Translations under genes and position numbers: made by a program
Notes under the pieces: generated by a model
Databases searched by the model: none
What the model saw: only the letters and a program-made list of their open reading frames with translations
Told to the model about the DNA's origin: nothing
In this document: positions 1 through 12,620 of the stretch, piece after piece
Layout: each line of letters starts with the position of its first letter
How positions within the stretch are numbered: position 1 is the first letter of the stretch
DNA from: Azolla caroliniana
Lineage: Eukaryota > Plantae > Polypodiophyta
Length of the DNA: 64,000 nt
NCBI GenBank assembly: GCA_043228905.1
Contig: JBHGNT010000014.1
Coordinates: forward strand, 8,990,001-9,054,000
Reading direction: 5' to 3'

Positions 1-496
1 CCCATTCATCTCCGAAACGTGCTGCAACTTGTCGGACCCGAGTGGCTTTGTGAAGATGTTGGCAACCTGTCAATCAGTTTGAACATACCGAAGTTCGACT
101 TCACCGCTCAGGACCCGCTTGCGCAAAAAGTGATAATGCCCCTTGATGTGCTTTGTGCGAGCATGGAACACGGGGTTCTTGGCCACCTACAAGCTACTGA
201 TGTTGTCGCAGTAGATCGGGATCAGAGTCGGTACTTCGATCCAGAGGTCCTACATCAGCCACAGAAGACATATGGCTTCACAGGTCGCGACGGTAGGTCC
301 TCAATGCTCAACAAAGTCATTGTCGGTTGCTTCTTGCTGCTCCATGCAACAACCACCCTCTCGAGAGTAAACTTAAAACTGGACATTGAACGATGATCCA
401 ACGCATCACCAGCCCAATCGGCATCTATATAACCAACTAACTTTTTGGTTATACTGTGTTGGTACAACAATCCCCGATCCTTAGTGCCGCTCACGT
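1..496 (-). pseudogene. Ty1/Copia pol fragment (RNase H), cut by the window edge and by an LTR insertion at 497
   Basis: Minus-strand translation GYIDADWAGDALDHRS...WSSKKQPT, followed by HIKGHYHF/ANIFTKPL-type RNase H motifs. Confidence 0.9.
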
Positions 497-1394
497 TGTC
501 ATGATGTTTTCAACACATAGTGCGAAACCACCCACAAAAGAGAATAAAATAGTAGTCCAAATAAATTAATGTTGTTAAATCAACTATAGTAATAAATGAA
601 AGGATAAAAAGTTAGAAGCGGTTTTCGAAAGTAGACAAAAATAGAGAAAAAGATAGGAAAAGAAAAGCTAGCCGTGGATATGAGGAGCAAGGTCGAGTAA
701 AAAGCTCGTAATTTCCTCGTCCAATGTCCAAATTAGAAAAGGAAAAATGCATATGAAAGCTAACAGAAATAGCTTTCTATAAGTAGCTTGCATGTCAGAT
801 TGGACATTACGGAACAAAAATAGTGATAAAAAGAAAACTCGACTCATATAGAGAAACGTTTGGGAAAAAGAAAGAAAGAAAGGAAGCAAGCGATCCTAAA
901 CTTATAAATAAGAGCTTATTTTAAGAAGAAGGGGGAGGGGATTTGAAGAAGAGAAAATTTATGTTTCCTCTCTCATACTCTTATACCCAAAAAGGGGATA
1001 GAAAAAAAATCATGTAACAAAATAGATCCATTATAGTGATGATTTCGGAATAAAAAGCTTTCCATGTTTCCTCTCTCATGATCTCTTTCTTTAAACTTTT
1101 CTTATGTATAAGTAAAATTAAGTGTTATTCATGCTTGCTTACTCTAAGCCTTCTTACTCATAAGAATAATTAAGTATTATTCAATCTCGCATAATCTCCT
1201 ACTCGAAGATTTGCTTATGTATAAATGTAATGAACTATTATTCGATCTCTTATACTACCAATTTACTGTTATTAGAGGGAAATATTTTGTCTTTAAGCTT
1301 AAAGTGCATTAAGCGTTAAGCCCTAAATCCTTTCGGTCCCGAACCCCAAAGGTTCCGCCTCACGATCCGCACTTACTGGCGGATTTTCACGACA
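497..1394 (+). repeat. 5' LTR of a Ty3/Gypsy-type element (family W)
   Basis: Begins TGTCATGA and ends TCACGACA (inverted termini). Followed by a PBS and a gag-like ORF. Its 3' end resembles the reverse complement of 23334-23400. Confidence 0.8.
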
Positions 1395-1402
1395 TAATAA
1401 AG

Positions 1403-1420
1403 TGGTGAACACGACGTGAA
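1403..1420 (+). promoter_or_regulatory. Primer binding site complementary to tRNA-Trp
   Basis: TGGTGAACACGACGTGAA, 8 nt after the LTR. 17/18 match to the complement of the plant tRNA-Trp 3' end (..TTCACGTCGGGTTCACCA) as I recall it. Confidence 0.75.
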
Positions 1421-1498
1421 GAGGTGGTAGGAAGGATTCAAGTGCTTGAAATAGAAGATTAGAAGATAGATTCTTCGACAAACATCCAAGTTGATGAA

Positions 1499-2430
1499 GT
1501 GGCGAAGTTGGTAGCTATTGTTGAGCATATGATGAGAGCTCATGATAATGATGCAAGATTAAACAAGGCCATTGACCGGATCATTGATATAGCGGGCCAA
1601 TTTGGTGGAAGAAATATTACGGATTTCCTCATTATATACAAGACAGAGATGCTACAACGAGATGTCATCAAAGAGAAACAAATATCAAACTTCAAGAGTG
1701 TCATGGAAAATGGGTTACAGGGCCGTATAAGGGAGATTCAAGCCACACAAACAACATGGGCGGGATTCGAAAGGGCACTTTTGACCGAATATATGCTTGA
1801 AAATGAATCAAGGATGACTCGGCACACATTGATGAAGTGGATCCAGAAGAAGCGGAAGAAAATAAATGCATTGGGGGTGTACAACGAATTTGACCAAATG
1901 TACAATCGTCTCTCAAGCACAGACCAAATATTTCTCGAAGGAGATAAGGTTCTATACTTCTTAAATGCGGTGGATGTGAAAGATAGACGAGAACTAGGTT
2001 GTCTATTAGAGGATGAAGCACAATCCAATGGTCTCATAACGGATTGGGTTGAGGTAAGAAGAGCATGTGACCGGTTTGACAAGCGCCGCTGATGGGTAGA
2101 TGGTTCCGACATGGCGTAGTCGATAGTTCAACGATGGGAGGCTCTAATAAAAACTGAGATGTCAAAGCAAAGTGTGCCGACCAAAAGAGCAATGGAGGAC
2201 AACAACATCATGATGAAGATGGCAATGGAGAATACAATGAAGGAGGATGACAAGTGTGCTAAAACTTCCTCCCCACTATTTCAAGAGACTTGGGCAATGA
2301 TGGATAGGGACATATTGGTCGGTGGAAAAAAGGCCATCATCGAAGAATCATACCCAAACCAAATTAAGACCCAAGAGAAGGAAGGTGGCGGCGACGAAGC
2401 AAAGGGTGAAGCCGATGCGTATGATGAAGA
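1499..2430 (+). pseudogene. Truncated Gypsy-type gag-like ORF
   Basis: 197-aa ORF (AGQFGGRNITDFL...WAGFERALLTEY) directly downstream of LTR and PBS; interrupted by a Copia LTR at 2431. Confidence 0.6.
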
Positions 2431-5400
2431 TGTTGGGAAATCGGTCCCTCTGGATGGGATCCGGTGATGAATGAAGAGGACCCGGTGAGAACCGGAAGAG
2501 AGCCGATGAGAACCAAAAGAGAAGACATACTTGTAGATATGTTTTGAGTAAGCCAATTGAGGCTATATTTGTAAATACCCCTAAGTTCATATAAGTATAA
2601 ATATGACTTAGGGCAATCGCTATATTATAGTTAGAGTGTTGTAGTCATATTGTTGTACAGTGAGCAACAGAGAGAGAGTGTGTGAGATACAGAGTGATAT
2701 TCTATTGTAACCGCCAGTTGACGAAGATACAGAACTCGAGGTCGTTGCCTCCGAGGCTCTGATTGTACCTTTCTCCTATAGTGATAGTTCGAGTCCATGG
2801 GCTCCCGTGGGCTTTCCCAGTTAGGGTTTTCCACGTAAACATCCGGTGCATTTCCTAGTGTACTCTCAACTTCCCATTTCTGTGTTTCAAGGCTCGGTTG
2901 TGGCCAAGCAATATTCTTCATCTATTCTCTACAATTTGGTATCAGAGCGAACAACACAGAAAATGGAAGAATCGTTCGGCGGCAAGTTCAAGCTCACCAG
3001 CTCCAACTACTCACTGTGGAAGTCGAAGATGAGGGATATGCTGGTGGTCAAAGATCTTTGGTTGTCGGTTTAGTTCAGGACAAGAGACCAGATAAGATCG
3101 ACGCCACAGTGTGGGAGATGATGCACATGAAGACGACGACATACATCCGGTGCTTCATCGACATGAGCCTGTACAACAACTTCAATGAAGAGAGCAAGGC
3201 TCATGTACTCTAGGAGAAGATCAACATCATGTTCCAGAACAAGAATGTTGTTAATTAGGTTTCGGTATTCCAGAAGCTACTGAGGCTCCGGTACCAAGAC
3301 GGCTCCAGTATGGTGGAGCTCATGAATGCCTTCCAGGGGCTGATACACCAAGCAACCTCATTGGAAGTACCTCTCGCCGATGAGGTGCTTGCATTGCTCT
3401 TGCTCGGTTCCCTCCCGGATAGTTGGGAGACGCTAGTTGTCACGTTGGGGAACGCCGGGCCGGAAGGAAAGCAGTTGTCCCTAGCAAGGGTAAAATCAAG
3501 CTTGCTAGATAAAGAGGCTCGCCGGAAGGACCGGGAGTCCGGAACCGATATGAAGGCCTTGGTCACGGAAGATGACCACAACCGGGGAAGAGGCTGATAT
3601 CGAAGTCCCCAAAACTAGGACAAGTTGGGGACGAAGTCGAAGTCAAGGGGGAGCCCTACTTGCTTCTATTGTGGGAAGCCCAGGCACTTCTAGAAGAACT
3701 GCCGATATTTCCAGAAGGAGAAAGAAACTGGCACTACCGATTCGAAGAAGAGTTCGGACCGAAACGGTTCGGACCTGAGAGGCCGGGATCGGAAAGGAAC
3801 GTCGGAAATCACGACAAGTGAAGAGGAATTGATGCTCATCACTGAGGAGAATGAGTTAAACCTTGTCGGCAACGAGACAATGTGGGTTGTCGATTCCGAA
3901 GCGTCGTTCCACCTGACACCGGATTAGAGATGCTTCTCCTCCTACACAACTGGTGATCATGGTTGTGTCTGGATGGGGAATGAAAGTACATGCCGAATTA
4001 TCGGCATAGGAGATGTGTTGTTGATGACATCAATCGAATGCAAGTTGCTGCTGAAGGATGTCCGACACGTTTAGGAGGTTCGACGGAACCTGATATCAGC
4101 CAGTCGGCTAGATGATGAAGGCTACACGGGTAGCATCCGGAACGGAGTCATAAAGTTCAACCCTAATAGTGGCTCGAGCCCGGAAGGTCAACACACTGTA
4201 TTTGATGCATGCCTGGATATGCCGGGAAGAAGTGACCGTAGCATCCGACACTGCCGGTGAGCTGTGGCACAAGAGACTGTGTCACATGAGTGAGAAGGGG
4301 ATGAAGAGGCTTGCCAAGCACAACCTCATTCCGGTGAAGGACGTGCAACTTGAGAAGTGCACCGATTGCTTGGCCGAAAAGCAAAACCGAACCTCCTTCC
4401 GGTCAAGACCACCGATGAGGTGGAATGCACCACTGGAGCTAGTTCATACTGATGTGTGTCAAGCGCACACGAAGTTACATGCCTGATCGCAGTACTTTGT
4501 GATGTTCATAGACGACCACAACTGGAAGCTGTGGGTCTCACCTTTGAAGACGAAGGATCAGGTGCTATCTGTCTTCAAGGAGCTCCACGCAAGAGTGGAA
4601 AGAGAAAACGGCCGGAAGCTGAAGGCGGTTTGAGCAGATAATGGAGGAGAATACGGGGGGTAGTTCGAGGAGTATTGTCGGTCGAAGGGAATCTGGTTCG
4701 AATTTACCATGCCGAAGATGCCGGAACTAAACCGAACCATAATGGAGAGAGTCTAGAGCATGATCGCACATGCCAAGTTACCCAAGACGTTTTGGGTTGA
4801 GGCACTGACGATGACGATCTATGTGATAAACAGATCACCCTCAGTACCCTTGGGAGGAGACACTCCTCAGAAAGTATGGACTGGTAAAGATGTATCTTAC
4901 CGGCATCTGAAGGTGTTCGGGTGTCTCGCATATGTGCATGTGGCGAAGGACAAGAGAGCAAAGCTGGATCCGAAGTCCCAACCATGCATATTCCTTGGAT
5001 ACGATGATAATGAGTTCGGTTACCCGGTGTGGGATTTGGTCGACAAGAAGGTGTTCCGGAGTCGGGACATAGTCTTCATGGAAGACAAGACCATTGCCGA
5101 CTGGGAGTTGGAAAAGAAGATGATCAACTTTGGATCATCCAATGAAAACCAGTTTGAGGACACAAGAACCTACCCAGTTGAAAACCGGATATTGGCCGGT
5201 AACTAGATGACACTCAACGAACCGGCCGGATATGGACAAGAAACCGAACCGACTGAAGAAGAAGAAGAAGAAGAAGACACCAGAACTAGACAAGATCCCA
5301 AATCGGATTCGGATTCCGAACATATGGAGGAACCAGTAGTCAGAAACCAGGGACGAAGATATCGTCTCCGGGAGAGAAGAGCCCCCTGGAGATTTTCTGA

Positions 5401-5820
5401 TGCAAAGCATTTGTTGCTAACCGATCAGGGGAGCTGGAAAGCTTCGAAGAAGCAAAGAGAGACACCCATAGCCGCAAGTGGTTGAGTGCCATGTAGGACG
5501 AGATGGATTCCCTGCATGAGAACCACACGTATGAACTGACAGAGTTGCCGAAAGGGAAGAGAGCACTTCGGAACAAATGGGTGTACAAGTTGAAACCGAG
5601 AGACGCCGGGAATCAACCAAGGTACAAAGGTTGGATCGTGGTGAAGGGCTTCTAGCTGAAGAAAGGAGTGGACTTTGATGAGATCTTTGCCCCGGTAGTA
5701 AAGATGACATCCATCCGGATGGTATTGGGCATAGCGGCAAGCATGGACCTCGAGGTAGAGCAATTGGATGTCAAGACGGCATTCTTCCATGATGACCTCG
5801 AAGAAGAGATCTATATGCAC
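2431..5820 (+). mobile_element. Decayed Tnt1/Tork-like Ty1/Copia element, 5' part (LTR 2431-2933, PBS, gag-PR-IN-partial RT)
   Basis: LTR TGTTGG...TACA; PBS TGGTATCAGAGC (tRNA-iMet) at 2937-2948; ATG at 2963 (KLTSSNYSLWKSKM); GAG-pre-integrase LWHKRLCH; RT QLDVKTAFFHDDLEEEIYM cut at 5820; many stops and frameshifts. Confidence 0.92.
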
Positions 5821-6129
5821 TATTGAGATACAAGCTCAACATTGGCCGGATCGGCTGTGCAAGCCGAGAACCGGATCGGTTGGGATCGATCGGTTAGGCC
5901 GGACTGGTGCGTAAACCGGTGGGCAACGAGAAGGTGTAGCGGTGCGTAAACCGTGAGGCCGTTGGAAAGATATTCTGCGTCGGAATATATTTTGGGAGTG
6001 TAGAGCTCATTTATGAGCATTGAAGTATGTGTCAGTACTTTTGCCAGTCCGTATGGACTTGTATAAAAGTGCTCATTAAGCACATCCTATGTACAGATTG
6101 AGTATTATTTTGAATTGAATTTCTGTGTG

Positions 6130-6160
<31 letters not shown>

Positions 6161-9100
6161 CCGCGTACTGTGTATATTCAAGTTCTCCATTAAACCTTCG
6201 TATTTTCTGTGTTCGGTTTTCTACTTGCTTCCGCACGCTTTCTTTACATGGTATAAGAGCACGAGGGTTGAGAACCTCTGCAATCGACATAGCTTGAAAG
6301 GAAAACCAACCAAGAAGAACAGGTAAAACCGATGGATAGAGGCATGGCTAGCTCGCTTCCGACGAAGAAGCTCGACAGAAACAACTACGCTTCTTGGTCC
6401 TACAAGATGCACCAGTACCTGCTCGGGCATGGTTACTGGAGCTATGTCGACGGAGCAAATGACAGAACACCCGAATCGACACACAGAGATTTCCCGGCGT
6501 GGGAATAGTCGGTGAGCAGAGTACTGTATTGCTTCGCGTCTTGTCTGGGCGAACAGCTCCTAAGCTACATTCGGGATGCAAAAACGCCGAAAGATGCTTG
6601 GGGAAATCTGAAGAAGATTTTCGCCGCAAGCACTACCGATAGGAGTTGAGCAACCTACGACAACATGACTTGTCGGTGGCTGATTACACCTCGAAGATCA
6701 AAGAGATATGCGACTCCTTAGTGTCTATCGATGTGAACGTCGAGGAAGGCGAGATGGTGCAGATCTGTCTCGGGGGATTGGCGTCGAAGTTTAGAGCATT
6801 CCAAACTGCTGTGTGTACATGAGAGAATACGTCGTCGTTTTTCGACCTACAGTCAATGCTCCTGATAGAGGAGAACCATGCGGGTGCGTTGACGAGCACG
6901 CACACCGATATCAAGATGTTGTACACGGAGGGAGATAGGCCCCGTGGTCGTGGCAGACGAGGCGAGTCGGTGTGCAATGGAGGCGGCCAATGGAATCAAG
7001 GAAGAAGGCACCGAAGTGATGCCGACAGCAATTCCGGACCCTCTGGAAACAGGGGGAGTTGAGGGGACGAGAATCGGCATGGGAAATCCATCGCAGAATG
7101 CTAGTATTGTGGCAAGAAAGGCCATAAGGAGAGCAAGTGCTGGAAGAAGCGCGCTGATTTGGAGAGGACTAGATCCAGATCAGGTTCTAGACAAAACGAC
7201 AATGGTAATCGGCAACGATCGCACTACGCCGAAGGATCCGGAAAAGTCGGAAAAGGGTCAGCCTTCGTGAAGAGACACGAAGCGAGCTCGATGAAGAAGT
7301 CCACCCTGAAATCGGACGATGTGTGGTACATCGACTCCGGCGCGTCAAACCACAGGATGTGCCACAAGGAGTGGTTCTCATACCTTGAGAAACTGATGCA
7401 ACCGGGAGTAGTCGCAACTGGAGACGACACTCCACATCCGATCGCGAATGTCGATGAAGTTCCCCTGAGCCATGTCGGGCAGAAAGGGAAACTCATGAAC
7501 GTGTTACATGTCCCGACAATCACAAAGAATCTGGTGTCGGTCGGGCAAATCGTTGACCAGGGGATGCAAGTCCGGTTCACGCATCTCGGGTGCTTCATCA
7601 AGGAAGAAGGTTGAGTTATTGTGCAATGGCGCAGAGACGGGAGGATGTTTATCCTCGACTCTAATGATGGTGGCACCGCAATATTCGCGAAAGGACAAAA
7701 AGTCGAGTCGGATATCGACTTATGGCACAAGCAGATTGGCCACGTCAACTATCAACGACTTCAAGACCTGCAATCGAAACAGGTGGTGTTCGGATTGCCC
7801 AGATTTAGTGGTCGGAAGGCACAAATTTGTGAAGCCTGCCAGCTAGGGAAGCAACACCAACTTCCTTTCCCCAATGAGCGTAACCGGAGTTAGAACAAGT
7901 TCGACTTGATACATTCTAATGTATGGGGACCAACACAGAACGTTAGTCTTGGCAGGAGTCGATATTTCGTCTCCTTCATCGACGACTATACACGGCACAC
8001 GTGGATCTACCTCATTGAGAAGAAGAGTGAAGTTTCCGACTATTTCTAGGACCTCAAGAGTTTTGTCGAAAGGGAAACCGGAAGAAAGATCAAGTGCTTG
8101 CGGTCCGATGGCGGAAAAGAGTACTTTTTTGGTCAATTCAATGGGTATCTGCAACAGATGGGCATTCAACGCGAATTCAGTTGCAGATATACATCGGAGC
8201 AAAATGGTGTGGCCAAAAGGAAAAATCGGTCGGTTGTGGAAGCGGCGCGGGCAATCCTGTAGGAGAAGAGCTTGCCCAAGTTCTATTGGGCCGAAGCGGT
8301 TCGGACCGTGATCTACATCCAGGCACAAAACGTTAGTCTTGGCGGGAGTTGGTATTTCATCTCCTTCATCCACGACTACAGCCGACACACATGGATCTAC
8401 CTCATCGAGAGGAAGAGCGAAGTCTTCGAGTGTTTCCGGAACCTTCAAAGCTGGGTGAACGGGAAACGGAGAGGAAGATTAAATGCCTGCGGTCGGATGC
8501 CAATTCAACAGTAATTTGCAGCAGAACGGAATTCAGAGAGAATTCAGCTACAGGTACACGCCGTAGCAAAATGGTGTGGCCGAAAGGAAGAACCAGTCGA
8601 TTGTCGACGCGGCAAGGGCAATGCTGGAGGGGAAGAGCATGCCCCATTTCTACTGGGCCGAGGCGGTCCAGACGGCCATATACATCCAAAACCGGATCGG
8701 TGACAAGGTGTTAGCACATGAGTTGTATTTCGGGCGAAAGCCGAATTTGAGACACCTTCGGATATTTGGTAGCATAACATATGTGCATGTACTAGATGAG
8801 AAGCGGAGGAAGCTGGATCCGAAGTCGGAGAACTGCATTCTAGTCAGTTACTCGCATGAGCAAAAGGGGTATAAGTGCTATAACCCCCGAATTAAGCAGG
8901 TCCGAGTAAGCCGAGATGCCGAGTTGGATGAGACGGCATCATGGTATTCCTTACCCACTCCAACTCTTGACAAAGACTTGATTCTGGAAGATGAGGCTAG
9001 TGAGCCTGAGGAGGTCCAAGTAAAAGATGAAAACTTCGCCACTCTAGAAGAGAGTCCGATCTCATTCCAGCTAAGTGGACCGAATGAGCGGTTGAGTCGG

Positions 9101-11993
9101 GATGACCAAACATATGAGGAACCAACGAGTAGTGGAAACTCTGCCTTGCTCTTCCCACGCAAGGAACCGAGGAGACGGTTCACGCGCAAAGAGAAGGTGA
9201 AGAAGAACATGCCGGAATACAAAACCGGCAACGTTGAGTCGGATTGGAGCGAATCCGACTCCGGAAAGGATGAAGGCGGATCTTCGGGAACAAAGTCCGA
9301 CCTGGCCAAGAAGGGCCCCAAACCGGGTAATACCAAGTTACGCCGGTCTTCCCGCCTGAAGAAGCCCATTATGCGATACAGGTACAATGAGTACATGACG
9401 CATCATTATGCATTCATGACTAAGGTGGCAGAAGTGCGTGAGCCTGAGAGCTATGCAGAAGCGGCAAAGGACGCAAATTGGCGTGCTGCTATGGAGGAAG
9501 AAATGTGGGCACTAGATGCCAACGACACATGGGACCTCGTTGACCCTCCCCGACACTCTAAACTGATCGGTTGCAAATGGGTATACAAGGTAAAATACAA
9601 TGCCGACGGTTCGGTTAACCGGTACAAGGCCCGGTTAGTGGCGAAGGGATACGCACAGACCCAGGGAATCGATTACGACGAGACCTTCGCCTCGATAACG
9701 AAGATGACGACGGTTCGTGCGGTACTAGCGGTTGCTGTGGCAAGGGCGTGGCATCTTCACCAGATAGACGTGAAGAATGCGTTTCTTCAAGGTGACCTTG
9801 AAGAATGGGTCTATATGATCCAACCTCCCGGTTTTTAGTCGGAGATGAACAAGTCAACGGTGTGCCGGCTCAAGAAGTCGCTTTACGGTATAAAACAAGC
9901 CCCCCAAGCTTGGAATGTGAAGATCACGCACCGGTTGCGTAAGATGGGGCTTGTGACCCCTAAATCCGACTCGTCGTAGTTCATTCGGGAAGTTCCGGAC
10001 GGTCCGGTTTGCATCCAAATTTATGTTGATGATCTAGTCATCACCGGACCCAGACTAAATGAAATCGGCCGAGTAAAGTCCTAGCTGTCAGACGCATTTG
10101 AAATGAAGAACCTGGGGGACCTTCAGTATTTTCTTGGGATCTAGGTGATCCGAACCCCCGACGACATATTGCTCTCACAACGACACTATGTATTGAATAT
10201 GTTGTACAAGTTTGGTATGACGGAGTGCTGACCTGTCTCCACACCCCTGGACCGGAACCAGAAGCTCTGTCCCAACTCCGGATTAGCCTACGATGAGAAA
10301 CGATTCTGACAAATCGTCGAAAGCTTGATATACTTGACAATCACTCGACCCGACCTCAGTTACCCGGTCGGAGTGATCAACCAGTTCATGTAGAAGCCGA
10401 CCATCGAGCACCTTTAGTGCGCACACTAGATACTCCGGTATGTGAGCAGCACGAAGGACCAGGGACTATTATACCGGCATGGTATAACCGAAGAACTAGT
10501 TGGATATACCGATGCCGACTGGGCCGGTGATGCATCGCATCACCGATCCACCTCTAGTTACATGTTTTCTCTGGGTAGCGTGGCCGTTGCGTGGAGCAGC
10601 AAAAAGCAGCCAACAGTGGCTCTATTGAGCACTGAGGCTGAATACCGAGGCGCTACCAATGCCACTTGTGAAGCCATCTGGCTTCGGCGACTACTGCAAG
10701 ACCTATAGTTTGAGGTCCCGACCCTGATCCTGCTCTATTGTGACAACATGAGCAACATTCAGCTTGCCAAGAACCCTAGATGAAGCACATCGAAGTCCAC
10801 TATCATTTGTGCGTGAGCGGGTTTTGAGCGGTGAAGTAGATCTTCGATATGTTTAGACGGATCGGATAAGTTGCACCAAACCGCTCGGATCGGATAAGTT
10901 GCAGCACTTCACTGAAATGCTTGGTGTTCAGCATCTCGACGTGCCGCACTTGAGGGGGAGAAAAGGAAAGGTAATGGATGGCACTAGACAAGGAGCCGGA
11001 GAGGAAGAAAGAACCAACAAAGGGGGAGACAAGAGGAAAACGAAAGTCGAGCTGACAGAAGGAGTCGGCACATAGGAAAAGGTTGGAACAAGTGGCAGCC
11101 GCGGCATAGTCAAGAAGGACAGAGCTGACCGGAAGAAAACGGCCAAGACTCGAACGTGGTCTGGTGTGGTGAAGGGCCTAAAACCGGAAGATATTTGGAG
11201 AACACCGACTCGGACAAGAGCTGGAACGAATCGAAACAAACCAATTCGGTTCAAGATTCAGAGAAGCCGGATCAACTAAAGGCCAAGTGGACACGGACGC
11301 AGTGGAAGTCGACGCCAACACGAAGGAACCGACGGGTCGACAAGCGCCGGAGTCACAACAACGAGGGAGCTAAAATGGGCCTGTTGATTAGACAAGCCGA
11401 CCAAGGAGGTCGAGGTGCGCAAGACTAGAAGGGTCACGGCAAACAAGACCAAACCGGACGAGGAACGCAAGCGAGGTGGAGCAACACTAGAAGGAGCCGG
11501 GTAGAAGAACCGGCTGCCACGGACACTAACACCACGATCCGACCTCAAGTTGAGCTTGAGGGGAGTGTTGAGCAACCACAGTCAACCAGATCCGGATCAG
11601 CTGAATAAGCTTGAGCCGGATTGGCATCCAGAAGGATGAGCCTGATCGTTATCCGAATGGTATCTGGAAACAAGTGACCGGATCGGGGAGCTGGATTCGA
11701 GCCGGAACCGGAAGCCTAGTTGTAGCCTAGACTACTAGGTAATCATTATCTCGTAGTTAGTGTCAGTTGCACTTGTTAGCATTGAAGTACCTGTCAGTAC
11801 TTCTATCAGTCCTTTATGGACTGGTATAAATAGTGTTGTTTAGCACGTTGTATAGGCAGAGTTTTAGAGTTAATTTTTGAATATCGTTTTATGTTTTGCT
11901 CTCTCTGTCTCCTTTGTGCTTGAAGCTTTTCCATTAAACCTTCATCTCATTTTATGTTGCTATCCGGCTGAGCCGGTTCATTGCTATAAGCTT
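5821..11993 (+). mobile_element. Decayed, chimeric Ty1/Copia element (family C)
   Basis: 5' LTR 5821-6248; PBS TGGTATAAGAGC; gag from 6332 (MDRGMASSLP); PR WYIDSGAS; IN; [24 protein letters not shown]; RH GYTDADWAG; PPT then truncated 3' LTR 11566-11993. Confidence 0.92.
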
Positions 11994-12188
11994 AAGTGGA
12001 AGGATAGAGTTGAAGAAGACTACGTGGGAAACTGAAGAGACATTACGAAAACATTTTCCTAACTTCCCATTGCAAGAGTGCAATTAAACGAAGGGGCGGA
12101 GTATGTAATGTTCATTGGTTTAGACATGCTTATTGTTGGGAGACAGGTCCCTCCGGATGGGAAGGGAGAAGAACAGTGCTGATAAGCA

Positions 12189-12400
12189 AACCGGATGATG
12201 AGTACTTGGCTACGGAGAGCCGGATGGTGCAGACCCGGTGAGAACCGGATGAGGTGTACCCGGCTACGGAGAGCCGGATGGTGCAGACCCGGTGAGAACC
12301 GGATGAGGAGTACCTGGCTACAGAGAGCCGGATGGTGCAGACCCGGTGAGAAACGGATTACGAGTGCCCGACAAGATCCGGATGATGCAGGCCCGGTGAG
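12189..12400 (+). repeat. 54-bp tandem repeat (3 full copies plus a partial one) in LTR U3
   Basis: Unit AACCGGATGA..GCTACGGAGAGCCGGATGGTGCAGACCCGGTGAG starting at 12189, 12243, 12297 and 12351. Confidence 0.9.
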
Positions 12401-12568
12401 GAGCGCTCTTCGGATGAAGAGACATATTCGTAAATATGTTTCTGAGAGTCCATCGTGGCTATGTTTGTAAATAGCCGAAAAGTCATATTAGTATAAATAT
12501 GACTTAGGGCAAACTTTTATATAGGCGTTGTTATTCTTGTCTGCGCGAGATTAGAGCGCATAACTGTG

Positions 12569-12571
<3 letters not shown>

Positions 12572-12617
<46 letters not shown>
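12572..12617. repeat. (AG)n microsatellite inside the solo LTR
   Basis: Direct reading of the sequence. Confidence 0.95.

Positions 12618-12620
<3 letters not shown>

Noticed and set aside
7843-8448. Long antisense ORFs over the Copia integrase (also 32584-33072 and 57753-58385)
   Set aside because: Shadow frames of pol; boundaries vary between copies and I recognise no independent motifs.
12189-12400. Regularly spaced repeats resembling a CRISPR array
   Set aside because: Contiguous tandem units without unique spacers, inside an LTR, in a eukaryotic context with no cas genes.
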